DNA from: Chiloscyllium plagiosum | Taxonomy: Eukaryota | Assembly: GCF_004010195.1 (NCBI RefSeq) | Contig: NC_057720.1 | Location: 33,200,172 to 33,264,171, forward strand | Length of the DNA: 64,000 nucleotides | Reading direction: 5' to 3' | Shown: positions 12,931 to 25,724 of the stretch, in pieces | Position numbering within the stretch: the first letter of the stretch is position 1 | How the letters are laid out: every line of letters begins with the position of its first letter | Made by a program: the position numbers and the translations under genes | Notes under the pieces: model-generated | What the model was told of the DNA's origin: nothing | Seen by the model: only the letters and a program-made list of their open reading frames with translations | Database searches by the model: none

Positions 12931-13529
12931 GTTAACCCTCACAGAGCAACTTCCCATAACAATGTGAAAAATTAATCTTTATTGAAAAATTCTATGAAAC
13001 TTTCAATGTACCTTCAATTTTCAAGTTCCAACGCAAAGCAAAAATGGGCAAAATGCAGCAACGGGGCATCACAATATGTGTAACAACCTTCGGCTCACAT
13101 CCATTCAACATTTCAGTGCAACATACATACAGTCAGGAATAAATTTTATAAGTCACAAAATCTCACTCAATTTCTATTCATAATGAGATTAAAATTTGAT
13201 TTTAAACTAACTAAAAATTCTCATGCTGCAACCACCTAATCCTGTTACACACCAGACTCCATTGAGAGGACAGTTAAATAGCTTTCCTAGCCCAGTTTAA
13301 GGCTATTCAAAGATTGACCAGTTTCAGAAGGCACTTAATCAAATTCCAGGGCAACTCTCTCTCAATTTCCTTTCCACAAACATGATTTATCATAGGTGTG
13401 GCTCATTTTATTCCAATGTTCATGCTCAGTCTGCCAACAGGCCATTGCTGAACTATGAACAGGAACAAGTACACTGATTAATTTTCCATCCCACACAGAG
13501 ATGCCAGCCCTAGCTGAGAACAGTCCACT

Positions 13530-13845
13530 TAGCTCTGTTCTTCAGATGGAAAGTTAAACCATGTACCTCTTCAGATCACTATTAAAGAGGGCCTGCAGTG
13601 ATAGAAGGAAGCATGGAAAGCCACCTGTGTGTTCTAGCCAGCAATCTTCCTTCAGTCAACACCACTGAAGTCAAACTTCCTGGGCATTTGTCTAAACACC
13701 ATGTTTATCTAAACACTGCAAATCTTGCCATGCACAGAATAGCTATCCTGTTTGCCTATTGAACAAAAATAACTATATTTCACATAGTCCATTGCACAGG
13801 TGGTTTCGAGTCATTTCTGAGAGGCAATGATAGAGCATATATCTC
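13530..13845 (+). mobile_element. Ancient Deu-domain SINE (SacSINE1/AmnSINE1-like)
   Basis: cttcagatggaaagttaaacc..gtgttctagccagcaatcttccttcagtcaacaccact..cttgccatgcacagaatagct matches the recalled DeuSINE core and tail order. Confidence 0.55.
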
Positions 13846-16800
13846 AGGACTCTCCTGTCATGAATACCTCACTTCCCTTTGATAAACCTTGGCAACAGAG
13901 AATGGTAGTGACAATCCATTAGGTATTGTCAGTCCAAAATATGTTCAAACATGCAGATAATTTACTTGATTAAGCAGCAAAACTAAAGCATCAAGTCAAC
14001 TATCCATCTTTCTGTGGCTTGCTGCCACTCAAGCATCAGACATTGCATTTTCAAATTGGATTATTTTCCATTGGAAAGCTACCCAAAGGTAGACATAGAT
14101 TTCAACATACCTTCAAGATCCTTTCTTGTGGAGACCTATCATTCAGAAAATCTCTGAAAATATCAGCCCTATGGGAAAGTCAGTTTTGAAAATAAAGCTG
14201 AGTACATCAACATGATTGGTTGCGTGATGTGCTATTGTGTAATCATATTCTTAACCCTGACTTTTGTTTTAAACTGTAAATTTAAAATTGCCAAATTTTC
14301 TTGTTTTGTTAAGAAATCCAGGGAAGAACTAAGGATCATAAAAGAGGGCACTGCCAATGTTGAATAATACAAGGGAGAAGGCGGTTAAAATCAAAATATA
14401 AACATTAGAAAATGCCATTTACAAGCTGTAAAGCTGAACAAATTTAGGATGTACACACTTACTCACTCACTCATGCACTCAATCACACCAAAGGTTTGTG
14501 CTGAGGTAACTAATAGCAATTGCAATAGTGTGAAAATATTCTTTTGTCATCAACTTAGCAGTTATTGTAGAGGTTTTGCAGTGAGTCTGTTTCCAGCTAT
14601 CTATGTAATTTGGTCTGCCCTGACAATGCCCTCCCCCAACAATACTTCAGCAACAGCCCCTTGTAATTCTGACTGAATATAAATAGAAAATCTTGTAATG
14701 AAGAGAATGCCAAGGTAATTCTGATCACAGTCTTTTCTTTATGGCTGCATGCGATTCAAGTCTGATAATGCCAATGTGTTTAATGACGTGCATATGACTG
14801 GTGTATGATTTCCCAGGGTGAAAAGTGCTTTTCGTGCCACAGTTGACAAGCTTTTCCTAAAAAGATCATTGTCAAAATTAAAGTTAAGAAAAATCACCAA
14901 AGGGTATTTTTAAAAAACATTTTGAAATTATCATGAATGAGCTAACTGTCAGCATGGGGTTTGAAAAAAAACAAAATGTATTTTACTTCAAATACAGCAA
15001 TACCACATGTAAAAGGGAGAAAGAAATTTATACAACGTCCTGTCAGTAGGCTGTCAATTCTACGCATTGCTTAGCACAAGGTAAAAGGGCTGAAATTCAT
15101 CTCCCCGGGCTGATTAGGCCTCACTTCCCTCATGCTTCATTCGCTGACACTAATGAAGTTGGTTCCCGATGCTTCCACCTTCCTGTGAGGCCCTCTGGGA
15201 AATGGCTGCTTTTCGCTGATAAACCCCACAAGTAATGTGCCTTCATGTAGGTGCAGTGAGCCACAAAGAGAAACTTGGGAGGGGGGAGAGTGTGATGGTG
15301 CGAAAGAATGTCTAGGTTGAGCTGTTAGTCCTTAATGACTCTTTTATCAAGGAAATTAATTTTGAATTCAGAGTCTTGGATTGGCAACTGACAGTGACTA
15401 TGAATACATTTCTTTTAAGGTGCAGGCACCAATCCATTATGAAGGATGAGATTACTGGTTACGTCAAGTGTAATGAATGGCAACTACACAGCAATTTCTT
15501 TCATCACATAAACCTGTGATAAGTCCAATGGCAGAAAATTTTTTTTTCATGTGACGTGATTCGAATTCAAAGCAAGGTTTCTATTCTTTTTTTTGGACAA
15601 GTAGTATACGAAAATGCATACCCTCTTGTTGATAAATATGAAAACATTGGACTTCCTAAAGGCTTTCTAAAAAAATTCATTCCTTAAACCTCTTCAGAAT
15701 GTGTAAAAAAGATCAAGGTTCAAAAGGGCAGAGGAAAACGTCCCTTTTATTGCCTGAAGTGAAATTCCTCCTGCCGTCAGTTTTAGCAAAGAGGAATTTC
15801 CCATATGGTACTCACATTGATTGGATTTCTCATCTACTGTTCAAGCAGAATTTCCTCCTGTTCATTGGCAGAAAGAATTTAAAACTTAGTATAAGCAAGA
15901 ATAAAATGCCCAAAACTGAAAAAATAGTATTATCAAGGTGAATTAGATAATTGGGCAAAGAACTACAAACATTGTAAACTCAGTCACTGTAATGGTGGCC
16001 ACTGCCTTTCTACCTCCATAAAAATCTCCTCAGAATATAACATAATTCAACATACTAATAGCGTCTTGCATGAGGGAATGAACAAGGAACAACATCAAGA
16101 GAAATTTAACCAATTAATTAGGAGGAAAATCATTAACGTGATATCAGGACATAATTTGATCAAAGTGTGTCCTTTTGAATTCTCATAACAGCTTCTCATC
16201 TACCAAATCAAGAGTGAGGCTGTTAAAATATGAGGGGTTAGCTTGACAGACTTTGTAGTTGGGGTGTAGTGTGTACAAAATGAAATGTAAGGATGTAGAA
16301 AAGTTACATTATGAGGAGTGGCTGATCAATCCATGGAAGCTTATTCCATTATTCACCATCACAACACAATCGCCCTTTAAGTCCACTGTTATCCCCCCTT
16401 TCATTTCAGACTGTCCTAAACAGCATTCTTCAGTGAAGACATCTTTATTTTAACTTTAACTAATGTTGTCAGGTCTAATTTTCTTACTCATTGTATCCCT
16501 TACCCATCCTCTTACTACCCAGATTCCAAACCTGGACTCTTTGCTCCGTCACCCACCACCTCATTTATTGCCCTGCTCCTTGTGCAAGGCAGCAAGTTGA
16601 GAAGCAAGCTGAGCGATGAAAGGGGGGATAGCAAGGCAGCAGTGAGGGGCATGGTGAACAGGGTAACACAGGTAACAGGGAACAAGGTGTCAGTGGGGAC
16701 AGCAAGTAGAAGAGTGGGGTGGCAAGTAAGGTGGCAAGGGAAGTGGCAAGGTGGGTGTGGCCAGTAGGTAGTGGGTTGGGTGGTGATCGGGTCGGCGAGG

Positions 16801-16851
16801 GTAGAGGGAGAACCGTATTTATTCCCCAAGTTATGCTCTCCTCCATTACAG

Positions 16852-16995
16852 TGGTAAAAACAAGGACTGCAGATGCTGGAAACCAGAGTTTAGATCAGAG
16901 TGGTGCTGGAAAAGCACAGCATTTCTGGCAGCATCCGAGGAGCAGGAAAATCGACGTTTCGGGCAAAAGCCCTTCAACAGGAATAGAGGCAGGCA
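16852..16995 (-). mobile_element. PLE terminus with mutated hammerhead
   Basis: ctgcagatgctggaaaccag..ctggaaaagcacagc..aatcgacgtttcgggcaaaagcccttcaacagg. Confidence 0.8.
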
Positions 16996-17004
16996 CCAGA
17001 TGAG

Positions 17005-18586
17005 GTACATACTAGATTTCTAAGAGAGGTAGGGAACAAATTGACAGAAATTTTCCAGGCTTCTCTGAACATGGATTCGTCCTGGGGGTCTGGAGGATTG
17101 CAAATGTGATGTCATTGTTTAAGAAAGGGGCAACGAATAATCCAAGAAACTACAGACCTGTCAGCTTGACGTCAATATTGGGAAAACTGGTGGAGGCCAT
17201 AGTATGGGATAAGGTAAATATACACAAAAATAATAATACTAGACTCAACATGGCTTTGTGAGGGCAGGTTATGTCTGACAACTTTGACGAGGTGACATAT
17301 GCAATGGGTGAGGGTAACGCTGTGAATATTCACCTTTGACGAGGTGACATATGCAATGGGTGAGGGTAACGCTGTGAATATTGTATATTTGGACTTTCAA
17401 AAAGTATTTGATACAGTACTACATGGCAAGCTGGTTAGCAAATTAGGAATGTTTGGGATTGATAAATCCTCGGCAGCATGGAGAAATTGGCCGAAAGATT
17501 GGAGATAAGATGAAAGTGGTGCTCGGCAGCATGGAGAAATTGGCCGAAAGATAGGAAACAGGAAATACGTACAGTTGGACATTTCTCAGATTGGAGATGA
17601 GATGAAAGTGGTGCTCCCCAGGGATTGGTATTAGATCTCTTGCTTTTCCTGATTTATCTCAATGATTGTGAGATGGGTGCAGAGGGAAAAATCTCTAAAT
17701 TTGCAGATGGTACTAATCCAGGGAGAATAGTGAATGGTGAAGATGATGCTGAGCAACTTCAGTGGGACATGGACAAGTTGGTCAAATGGGTAGACACCTG
17801 GCAGATGAAATTAAATGCACAAAACTTTGAGGTGGGAGAACCACGGAGAGACAATACAGGCTCAATGGTACAACTTCAAGGGAACTGCAGGAAAAGAGGG
17901 ACCTCAGGGTTCACATGCATAATTCTCTGAAGGAGGCCAGGCAAGTTGAACCAGTTGTTCAGAAGCTTTAAAAGATCCTTGAGTTTATAAATGGAGGTAT
18001 AGAATATAAAAGCAAGGAAGTAATGCTGCACCTCTACAAATCATTGATCAGACCACATTTGAAGCATTATGTTCAGGTATGGGCACCTTATTTAAGGAAG
18101 GATGTTAAAGCCCTGGGTAATTAAAATTGGATTTACTAGAATGATTCCAGTAATAATAGATTTTAGATACAATGAAATATTGGAGAAATTGGGCTTATTC
18201 TCCTTAGAGCATAGAAGATTATGAGGTGACCTCATTCAAAATTCTGAACAATTTTAACAGGGTAAAGAAGGATATTCTGTTTCCTCCACTGATTTGTCAG
18301 TAACTAAAGATCACAATTTCAAGATTGTCAGTAAAAGCACTAGGAGTGAGATGAGGAGAAACTTTACTCAGAGAGTTGTTAGGATTTGGAATGAACTGCA
18401 GGGGAGAGTGGCGGAGGTGGATTCCATAGGAGGTTTCAAAAGAGAGCCGGACATATATTTGAAAGGAATGAATTTAGAGGGCTACGGAGAATGAGCGGGA
18501 GAATGGACTAGCTAGATAGCTCTTTTGGGTGTCAGTACTGACAAAGTGGGTTGAATGGCTTAGTTCTGTACTGCAAAATTCTATGA
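17005..18586 (+). mobile_element. CR1 LINE, 5'-truncated, degenerate RT
   Basis: NYRPVSLTS, LDFQKVFD and KISKFADGT motifs; ORF pieces 17625 and 18294; 3' ttctatg end. Confidence 0.85.
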
Positions 18587-19371
18587 AAACATCATTATTT
18601 CACAGCACATAGAGAATAAGTATGATGACTGGTCGTTATCGGGGTGAATTGAAAATACTTCAATAATAAATTAAAGCACTGCAGCCTGTCTTTATTCATA
18701 TTATCTCAGAAGCTTTTCTTCATATGTGTACACCTGCTCCACTTTATATATAGGAACTTTCCTAATAATAGTTTCTTTACTGTACATTGTCCTTATACTT
18801 TTGTATAAGTGCAGTACTCTTGAGATTACAGAATTGCTCCTTGAGACTGTTCAAGGAGTACAATCTATTTTACAAGGATTTGTACCATGACTCCTGTCTG
18901 AGTCTGACCCCAGTGATGTTGGAGTTTCTTGGTGGAGTATGGAGAAGCCTAGCCAAGTATGATTATTATCTGGTGTTACTGAACCTGAGATGCCTCAGTT
19001 TATTACTACGTGCTCTGCTGCTGTCAGTCACTGGCATTTGGTAATGTGTAATTTAAGCTATAACTACTGGCTTCACCTCAAATCCATCTGTGATAGGCTA
19101 TGCTGCTTACAATGTTTAATTCTGCCTTTACAGTGAAATATTGGGAATTGATTTTTGCAGCACACTTTTTCGCAGGATTGGGATTTTAATCTCAATAGAG
19201 GTCCCCGAATAGTTGATATGATACTGCACTGTTATTAGTGGCATGGCTTTCTTCTCACCAAACAAGTGCCGAGTATGTATAACATTGACAAACATTACCT
19301 AACCTGAGCAATAATGAGCAAACAAAAACAGTAATTTGAGGAAGTTACATGTTGTCCTAAGGCTATCACAA

Positions 19372-19651
19372 GGGGACATAATTTTAAGGCAATTGGAAGA
19401 AGGTTTAGTGGAGATGTCAGAGGTCATTATTTACAAAGAGAACACTGGGTGAGTGGAATGCACTGCCAGCAGTGGTAGTAGAGTCAGAGACATTAGGAAC
19501 ATTTAAGCAACTCTTGGATAGGCACATGGATGATAGTAAAATGAAGGGTACATAGGTTAATTTGATCTTAGAGTAGGATAAAACGTTGGCGCACCATCAA
19601 GGGCTGAAGGGCCTGTATTGTGCTGTACTGTTCTATGTTCTATATTCTATG
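19372..19651 (+). mobile_element. CR1 LINE 3' end
   Basis: gggctgaagggcctgtattgtgctgtactgttctatgttctatattctatg tail. Confidence 0.85.
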
Positions 19652-20216
19652 ACAATTTAAGGTGTGCATTGTGTGAGATTCAGCAGAATGTTTCACAGGT
19701 GCTGCCCACTCTCTGGTATTTCATCCAGGAGTGAGCCCAGACAATTGTTGGCAGGCGGTTCAACATTGCAGTTGAATGAAAAAGTACCAAACCAAGTCAA
19801 TCCTTTACACCAATATACATTCCATCAGAGATACCAAATAATGTTCGAATCAGGAGGTCTACCTGACCTTTCCTTATTTCTGGCCTCAGATATTGCGGGC
19901 TATTGTGATGCTCTGACTGTCTCTCAAACTAAAATCAGCACAATCAGTGTAGGCCAGGGAGCCTGGGACATTACATGCTGAAATATCAGGGAAGCCCTCT
20001 TAACTTTCTTCAACTGTTCATATAATGCTGATATGGTGTTTTCAGAATTTTCTTTACCAAAAGAGAGCTGCAATTCTTTACTGAAGAGATCATTCCACAG
20101 CATCTTTTCTTTCATGTGCTTATGGATGTGTACGTGTATAAAAATTCCTGGTAATTAAATAAAAATTGTATTGTTCACTTGTGGGAATCACATTGTCATC
20201 ATTTTAATCTTAGTCA

Positions 20217-20286
20217 ATTATTGTTGAATGATCCTATTGTATATAAGATTGATATCTTATATACAATAGGATCATTCAACAATAAT
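20217..20286. repeat. Perfect inverted repeat, 33-bp arms, 4-nt spacer
   Basis: attattgttgaatgatcctattgtatataagat-tgat-atcttatatacaataggatcattcaacaataat. Confidence 0.97.
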
Positions 20287-20494
20287 GTTTACAAGAAACT
20301 CAATACCAAAAATAAAAATTTCTAAATGCATGTTTAAACAAGATTCACACATTTTAAAGGTCGATTACTTAGCACTTTACATTGGGACGTATTTCCCTAC
20401 TCCACTAGTGCCTGGGTACACTAAATGTGCTAATACACAACGCTTGAATTCTTTGATGAACGCTTTCAACAGAAAATAGCTTTAAGACTTCACC

Positions 20495-20815
20495 ATAGTG
20501 GCTCAATGATTAGCTCTACTGCCTCACAGTGCCAGGGACCTGGGTTTGATTCCATCCTTGGATGACTGTGTGGAGTTTTAAGGTTACTTCTGTGTCTGTG
20601 TAGGTTTCCTCCCACAATCCAAAAATGTACAGGTTATGAGGATTGGCCAGACTAAATTGCCCCATAGTGTCCAGAGATATGTGGCTAGGTGGATGAGCCA
20701 TGGGAAATGCAGAGATGCAAGGTAGGGGAGTGGATCTGGGCAGAATGCTCTTTGGAGGGTCGGTGTGGACTCAAATGTCAATGGCCTACTTTCATGCTGC
20801 AGTGATTCTATGATT
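20495..20815 (+). mobile_element. HE1-like tRNA-derived SINE with CR1 tail
   Basis: A/B boxes gtggctcaatgattagc..gggtttgattcc; core ggtttcctcccacaatccaaa; ends attctatgatt. Confidence 0.8.
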
Positions 20816-22308
20816 TTAATTTAAAACCTTCCTACTAGGGGACTCACAAAGTAGTAAACCCTTTATGGGGAGGTAGTTACCTTGACACTAATATGTCCAT
20901 GTAATCCTTTATTCTGAATGTCAACAAACATCACTGGTCCATTGATCATTGAAGTTAACAATAATACCAATGGACCCAAAAACCCAGATTATATTGAACC
21001 ACTACAAAAATAAGACATTATCTTTGGAAGAAAAAAATGCAACAAGTGCTGCTAAAGAAAGTGGCTATAGAGCAAGTGGATCTATTGATTATTATCTTCC
21101 AAAATTCTGGAAAGGACCACATAGATTAGAATGCTTCAAATATTCCACCAGTATTCAAGAAAGGAGGTAAACATAAGCTGGGAACCTATAAGCCAGTTAG
21201 GCTAATATCTGTCATTGGAAACACGTTAGAATCCATTATTAGGAGGTAGGAGCAAAACATTTAGAACATCATAATATAAGCGGGCAGAGTTGTGAAATTG
21301 AAATTGTCTTTGATAATGTTGTAACAGCTCTTCAAGGATATAACAAGCAGTGTGGAAAAAGGAAAACCAGCAGATGTAATATGTTTGGATTTAAAAGACA
21401 TAAGGTAAGATGTTACAGAAAAGGTTGCTTCACAATCTAAAAGTTAGATGCTGGTATTATAATGACATATTAGCACGGACAGAGAATTAACTAAATAATG
21501 AGAAGCACTGAGTCAGGATAAATGGGTAATTTACAGGTTTGCAAATTGTAACCAGTTGTGTGTCACTGGGTAGAGTGCTGGGGCTGCAATGATTTATGGT
21601 TAATGACTTGGATGAAGGGACTAATTATACTGTAGCTAAATTTGTTGATGTATAAAGATATGTAGGAAAACACATTACGAGAGGATGGAAAAATCCAGCA
21701 AAGTATTTTAAAGAGGTTAAATGAGTGAACAAAAATTGACATTTGGAGGAATGAGAAAACATGAGATTGTCTATTTTGGCAGCAAGGATAGAAAAGCAGA
21801 ATATGAGTTAAATGGAACAAAACTGTAGAATGCTGCAGTAGAGAAGGATTTGGGTGTCCTTGGACATGAATAACAAAATATTAACATGCAGATACAGAAA
21901 ATAATAAAGGAGGAAAATGGAATATTGGTCTTCATTGTAGAAGTAGGGAAGTCTTGTTCCAGGCACTGGTGAGACCACACCTGGATGTCATGTACTGATC
22001 TTACCTCCTAATTAAGGAGGGATATACTTACATCATACACAGTTCAGAGAAGGTTCTCTAGGCTAATTCTTGGAATGGGGTATTGTCTTGGGAGAAAAGA
22101 TTGAGCAGGTTGGGTCTGTACTGATTGGAATTTAGAAGAATGAGAGGTGACCTTAATAGAACAAACATGATTATGAGGAAGCTTGGCAGAGAAGATGCTG
22201 GGAAGATGTTTCCCACCATGAGTGAGAATCGAGAACAAGGAGCACAATTTAAAAATAAGAAGTCTCCATTTAAGGAGATAAAGAAGCAATTCTTCTCTCA
22301 GAGGGTCA

Positions 22309-23192
22309 TAGTCACAGATTCATAGAGATGTACAGCATGGAAACAGACCCTTCGGTCCAAGCCGTCCATATTCCAACCCAATCTAGCCCCACCTGCCAGC
22401 ACCCAGCTCATATCCCTCCAACCCCTTTCTATTCATATACCTATCAAAATGCCTCTTAAATGTTGCAATTGTACCAGCCTCCACCACTTCCTCTGGCAGC
22501 TCATTCCATACCCGTACCACCCTCTGCGTGAAAAAGTTGCCCCTTAGGTCTCTTTTATATCTTTCCCTAAACCTATGCCCTCTAGTTCTGGACTACCCGA
22601 CTCCAGGGAAAAGACTTGGCCTATTTACCCTATCCATGCCCCTCATAATTTTTTAAACCTCTATAAGGTCACCCCTCAGCCTCCGACGCTCCAAGGAAAA
22701 CAGCCCCAGCCTGTTCAGCCTCTTCCTGAAGCTCAAATCCTCCAACCCTGGCAACATCCTTGTAAATCTTTTCTGAGCCCTTTCAAGTTTCGCAACATCT
22801 TTCCGATAGGAAGGAGACCAGAATTGCATGCAATATTCCAACAGTGGCCTAATCAATGTCCTGTACAGCCGCAACATAAACTCCCAACTCCTGTACTCAA
22901 TACTCTGACCAAATGCAGCACCTCACATTTATCTGAATTAAATTCCATCTGCCACTTCTCAGCCCACTGGCCCATCTGGTCAAGATCCTGTTGTAATCTG
23001 AGGTAACTCTCTTCGCTGTCCACTACACCTCCAATTTGGTGTCATCTGCAAACTTACTAACTGTACCTCTTATGCTCGCATCCAAATCATTTATATAAAT
23101 GACAAAAAGTAGAGGACCCAGCACTGATCCTTGTGGCACTCCACTGGTCAGAGGCCTCCAGTCTGAAAAACAATCCTCCACCACCACCTTCT
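22309..23192 (-). mobile_element. Younger CR1 nested in older CR1
   Basis: ORF 22653-22877 (RLYRTLIRPLLEYCMQFWSP..ERRRLRGDLIEV), [13 protein letters not shown] and FADDT; ggtcat on both sides. Confidence 0.9.
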
Positions 23193-23426
23193 GGTCATTA
23201 GGCCTTGGAATTCTCTTTGCCAGATGTCAACAGGAGCTGGGTTATTGAATACGTCCATGGCTGAATTAGACAGAATTTAGGTCGACAATGGCATTCAGGG
23301 TTATGAGGGCGGGTTGGAAAGTCGAGTTGATTAGATCAACTACAGTAAAGCAGGCTCGAAGGGATGAATCTGAAAAAGTGTTGCTGGAAAAGCGCAGCAG
23401 GTTAGGCAGCATCCAAGGAGCAGGAG

Positions 23427-23462
23427 AATCGACGTTTCGGGCATGAGCCCTTCTTCAGGAAT
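23427..23462 (-). ncRNA. Minimal hammerhead ribozyme motif
   Basis: auuc-CUGAAGA-AGGGCucauGCCC-GAAACGUC-gauu; all core positions intact. Confidence 0.75.
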
Positions 23463-23487
23463 GAGCCCTTCTTCATGAGCCATTCTT

Positions 23488-23523
23488 CTTCCTGAAGAAG
23501 GGTTCATGCCCGAAACGTCGATT
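23488..23523 (+). ncRNA. Minimal hammerhead ribozyme motif
   Basis: uuc-CUGAAGA-AGGGUucauGCCC-GAAACGUC-gauu. Confidence 0.7.
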
Positions 23524-25724
23524 TTCCTGCTTCTTGGATGCTGCCTGACCTGCTGCGCTTTTCCAGCAACACTTTTTCAGCTCTGAGCTCCAGCATCAGC
23601 AGTCCTCACTTTCTCCTCGAAGGGCTGAATGTCCTACCTTTATGTCTTATGATCTTTTTAAAGTATATATTTAAACAAGAGTGGAAAGGTAAAAGAAATT
23701 TGTAAAATTTACAAGCCAGTAATTTAATCGAGCATTTCAAATATCAGGCATTAACCACTCAAGCTTAGTTCCAGAACTACCTTTTGCTTCAGCTGAACTC
23801 CTTGATTAAGGTACTGCTCCATAATCACTTCAGTGTCCACTATTATAACAGAGTCAAACTATCTGCTTCTAGCACTGATTGTCGTCTGATCATTGAGAAT
23901 TTGCAAGGTTCCATTAAGATATCAAAAGCTGACTAAATGTCAGTATGTACAATTTTCTGTTCCAGATTACTGTACTGTGCAATCAACAGAGCTTTTATTT
24001 TAAAGATAATTCATTTATTCTATTATATAAAACAAACATTTACATTTTAAGTTCTTTCTCAAATTTCTTGCCTGTGGGCAAATTTCTTTTTCCTTCATTT
24101 TCCCTTGTGCTCCCAGCATCTGAGCTGAAAAGCAGCACATTGTTTCTGGCTCAACTTCTCCCTGCAGATAGCTGCAGGTTATATCATTTTCCAAAATGGT
24201 CAATTATTCAGACTGTAGGCAATGTTGGTGGTCTGCAGAATAGGACACTTTGGAAATAAAGTTAAAGAGTCATGCAAGTGTTAACACACAGAAACAGTTC
24301 TTTTGAATAACTAAAAGATATGTTTTGTTAAATAGGTTGAGAATAAATATTTTTCTTCTCTGCGTTAATGTGACCAATGCATGCTTTGATTTCAAGAAAA
24401 AAGGAAGAATATTTCCATGTTCATTGCACCTTAACATTTGATGTCATTTTTGAATAGATTGACAGGAGTATCAAACTGTCAACAATTTCAGGCTCGTGAC
24501 TAATGCACAGCAGATAAATCCAACCCAACATGTCTCCCAAGTCATCTGGAAACTACAGTAATAGGGTGATGAATCAGAGAAAGGTCACCCCCATAGTGAG
24601 GACCTGCTCAATAATGATAGGCCATGTTTGTTGCTGACAGGTTAACTCGTGAGCCTGTTTGCAAAAACATGTGACAGAAGCAACTTGTGAATGGGGAGCT
24701 GGGGGCAGGTAGGAAAGTAAATCGTAGCAGGAAAGGTATTGGTGGAGGCTACATTTAGCCAAGGCTAGGATTGGGAGGTTTTTGGTTGATCTGGATATTC
24801 CATTTGCTGGGCGAATGTGGAGAGGAGGTAGCTCTAGGATAGATATGGGGAGAGATGAAGGCTGCAGGATGGGTATGGGGGTGAAAGGAGGCTGCAAGGT
24901 GGGGAGAAGAGGACTTCAAGAAGTGGTGTTGAGGAGAAAGAGGCAGCAAGTGAGTCATGGGCAAAGAAGGAGGCTGCCAGATGGATGCCAGCTATCTGCA
25001 GGGAGAAGGCTGCATTGGAAAGGGAACAGTTTTAAACCTGTCAGTAAAGGAATTCTCAGTTTATCGAAATTCAAGAAAATATTATATCATTGAGGTAATG
25101 AATTATTTGCAAATCAACGTGGAACCTCTGCTTTCAGCTACCATACTTGAAAAAACTAACGCAATGAAAATTGTGTTAAATTTATATCTGAAATGCAGTG
25201 AAATATAGTAAGTGCCTAATGAAAATGTTCAAGCTTAGCAATACACAATGAGAATGTACTATCTATGACCTCGCTCTATAGTGGAAGGTGTGTTTAGGGT
25301 ATTGGCTTTTTGTATGAAAAAGTGTGCATCTGTTATCATGAAACAAAACTTCCATTTTGTTGCCAACTTATGCCTGTTGTCTTGCACCAATTTAAATACT
25401 GAGGTATTGAGGAAATTAATGCTTTTTATTGACTGTCATGGATATCTTCCACTACTTTCACATTGTTTCTCTGGATGGTCTGCTGGCCTTCACTATGTCC
25501 AGTGAACTAGAGTTATAGCAAGGCTAATGTTAAGGCTAAAGGTGAAAGTCTGATTGGTCTGAGGAATAGCTGTTCTGAGGGCTTCTGTTTCAGAATTACA
25601 AATTAAGGTCAGATTTTCATTACCAGCACTCTTCCATTTGGTTAGTAGTTAAACATTGTGGGTTAGAAGTGTGTTGACAGAGCTACAAATACATAAGCTA
25701 AGCGTCACAAAGCATCCTGCAAAA

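Larger units (their letters stand above)
23370..23615 (+). mobile_element. Fold-back mini PLE with two head-to-head hammerheads and 15-bp TSD
   Basis: About 90-bp inverted arms within 23370-23580; ctcgaaggg(a/c)tgaat at 23355-23369 and 23616-23630. Confidence 0.85.
20990..23655 (+). mobile_element. Old CR1 LINE carrying two nested insertions
   Basis: Degenerate RT motifs (gtgctggggctgcaatgattt, ctaaatttgttgatg, agaatgagaggtgacctt); resumes at 23193 after a nested CR1; tail tatgtcttatgatctt. Confidence 0.75.
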
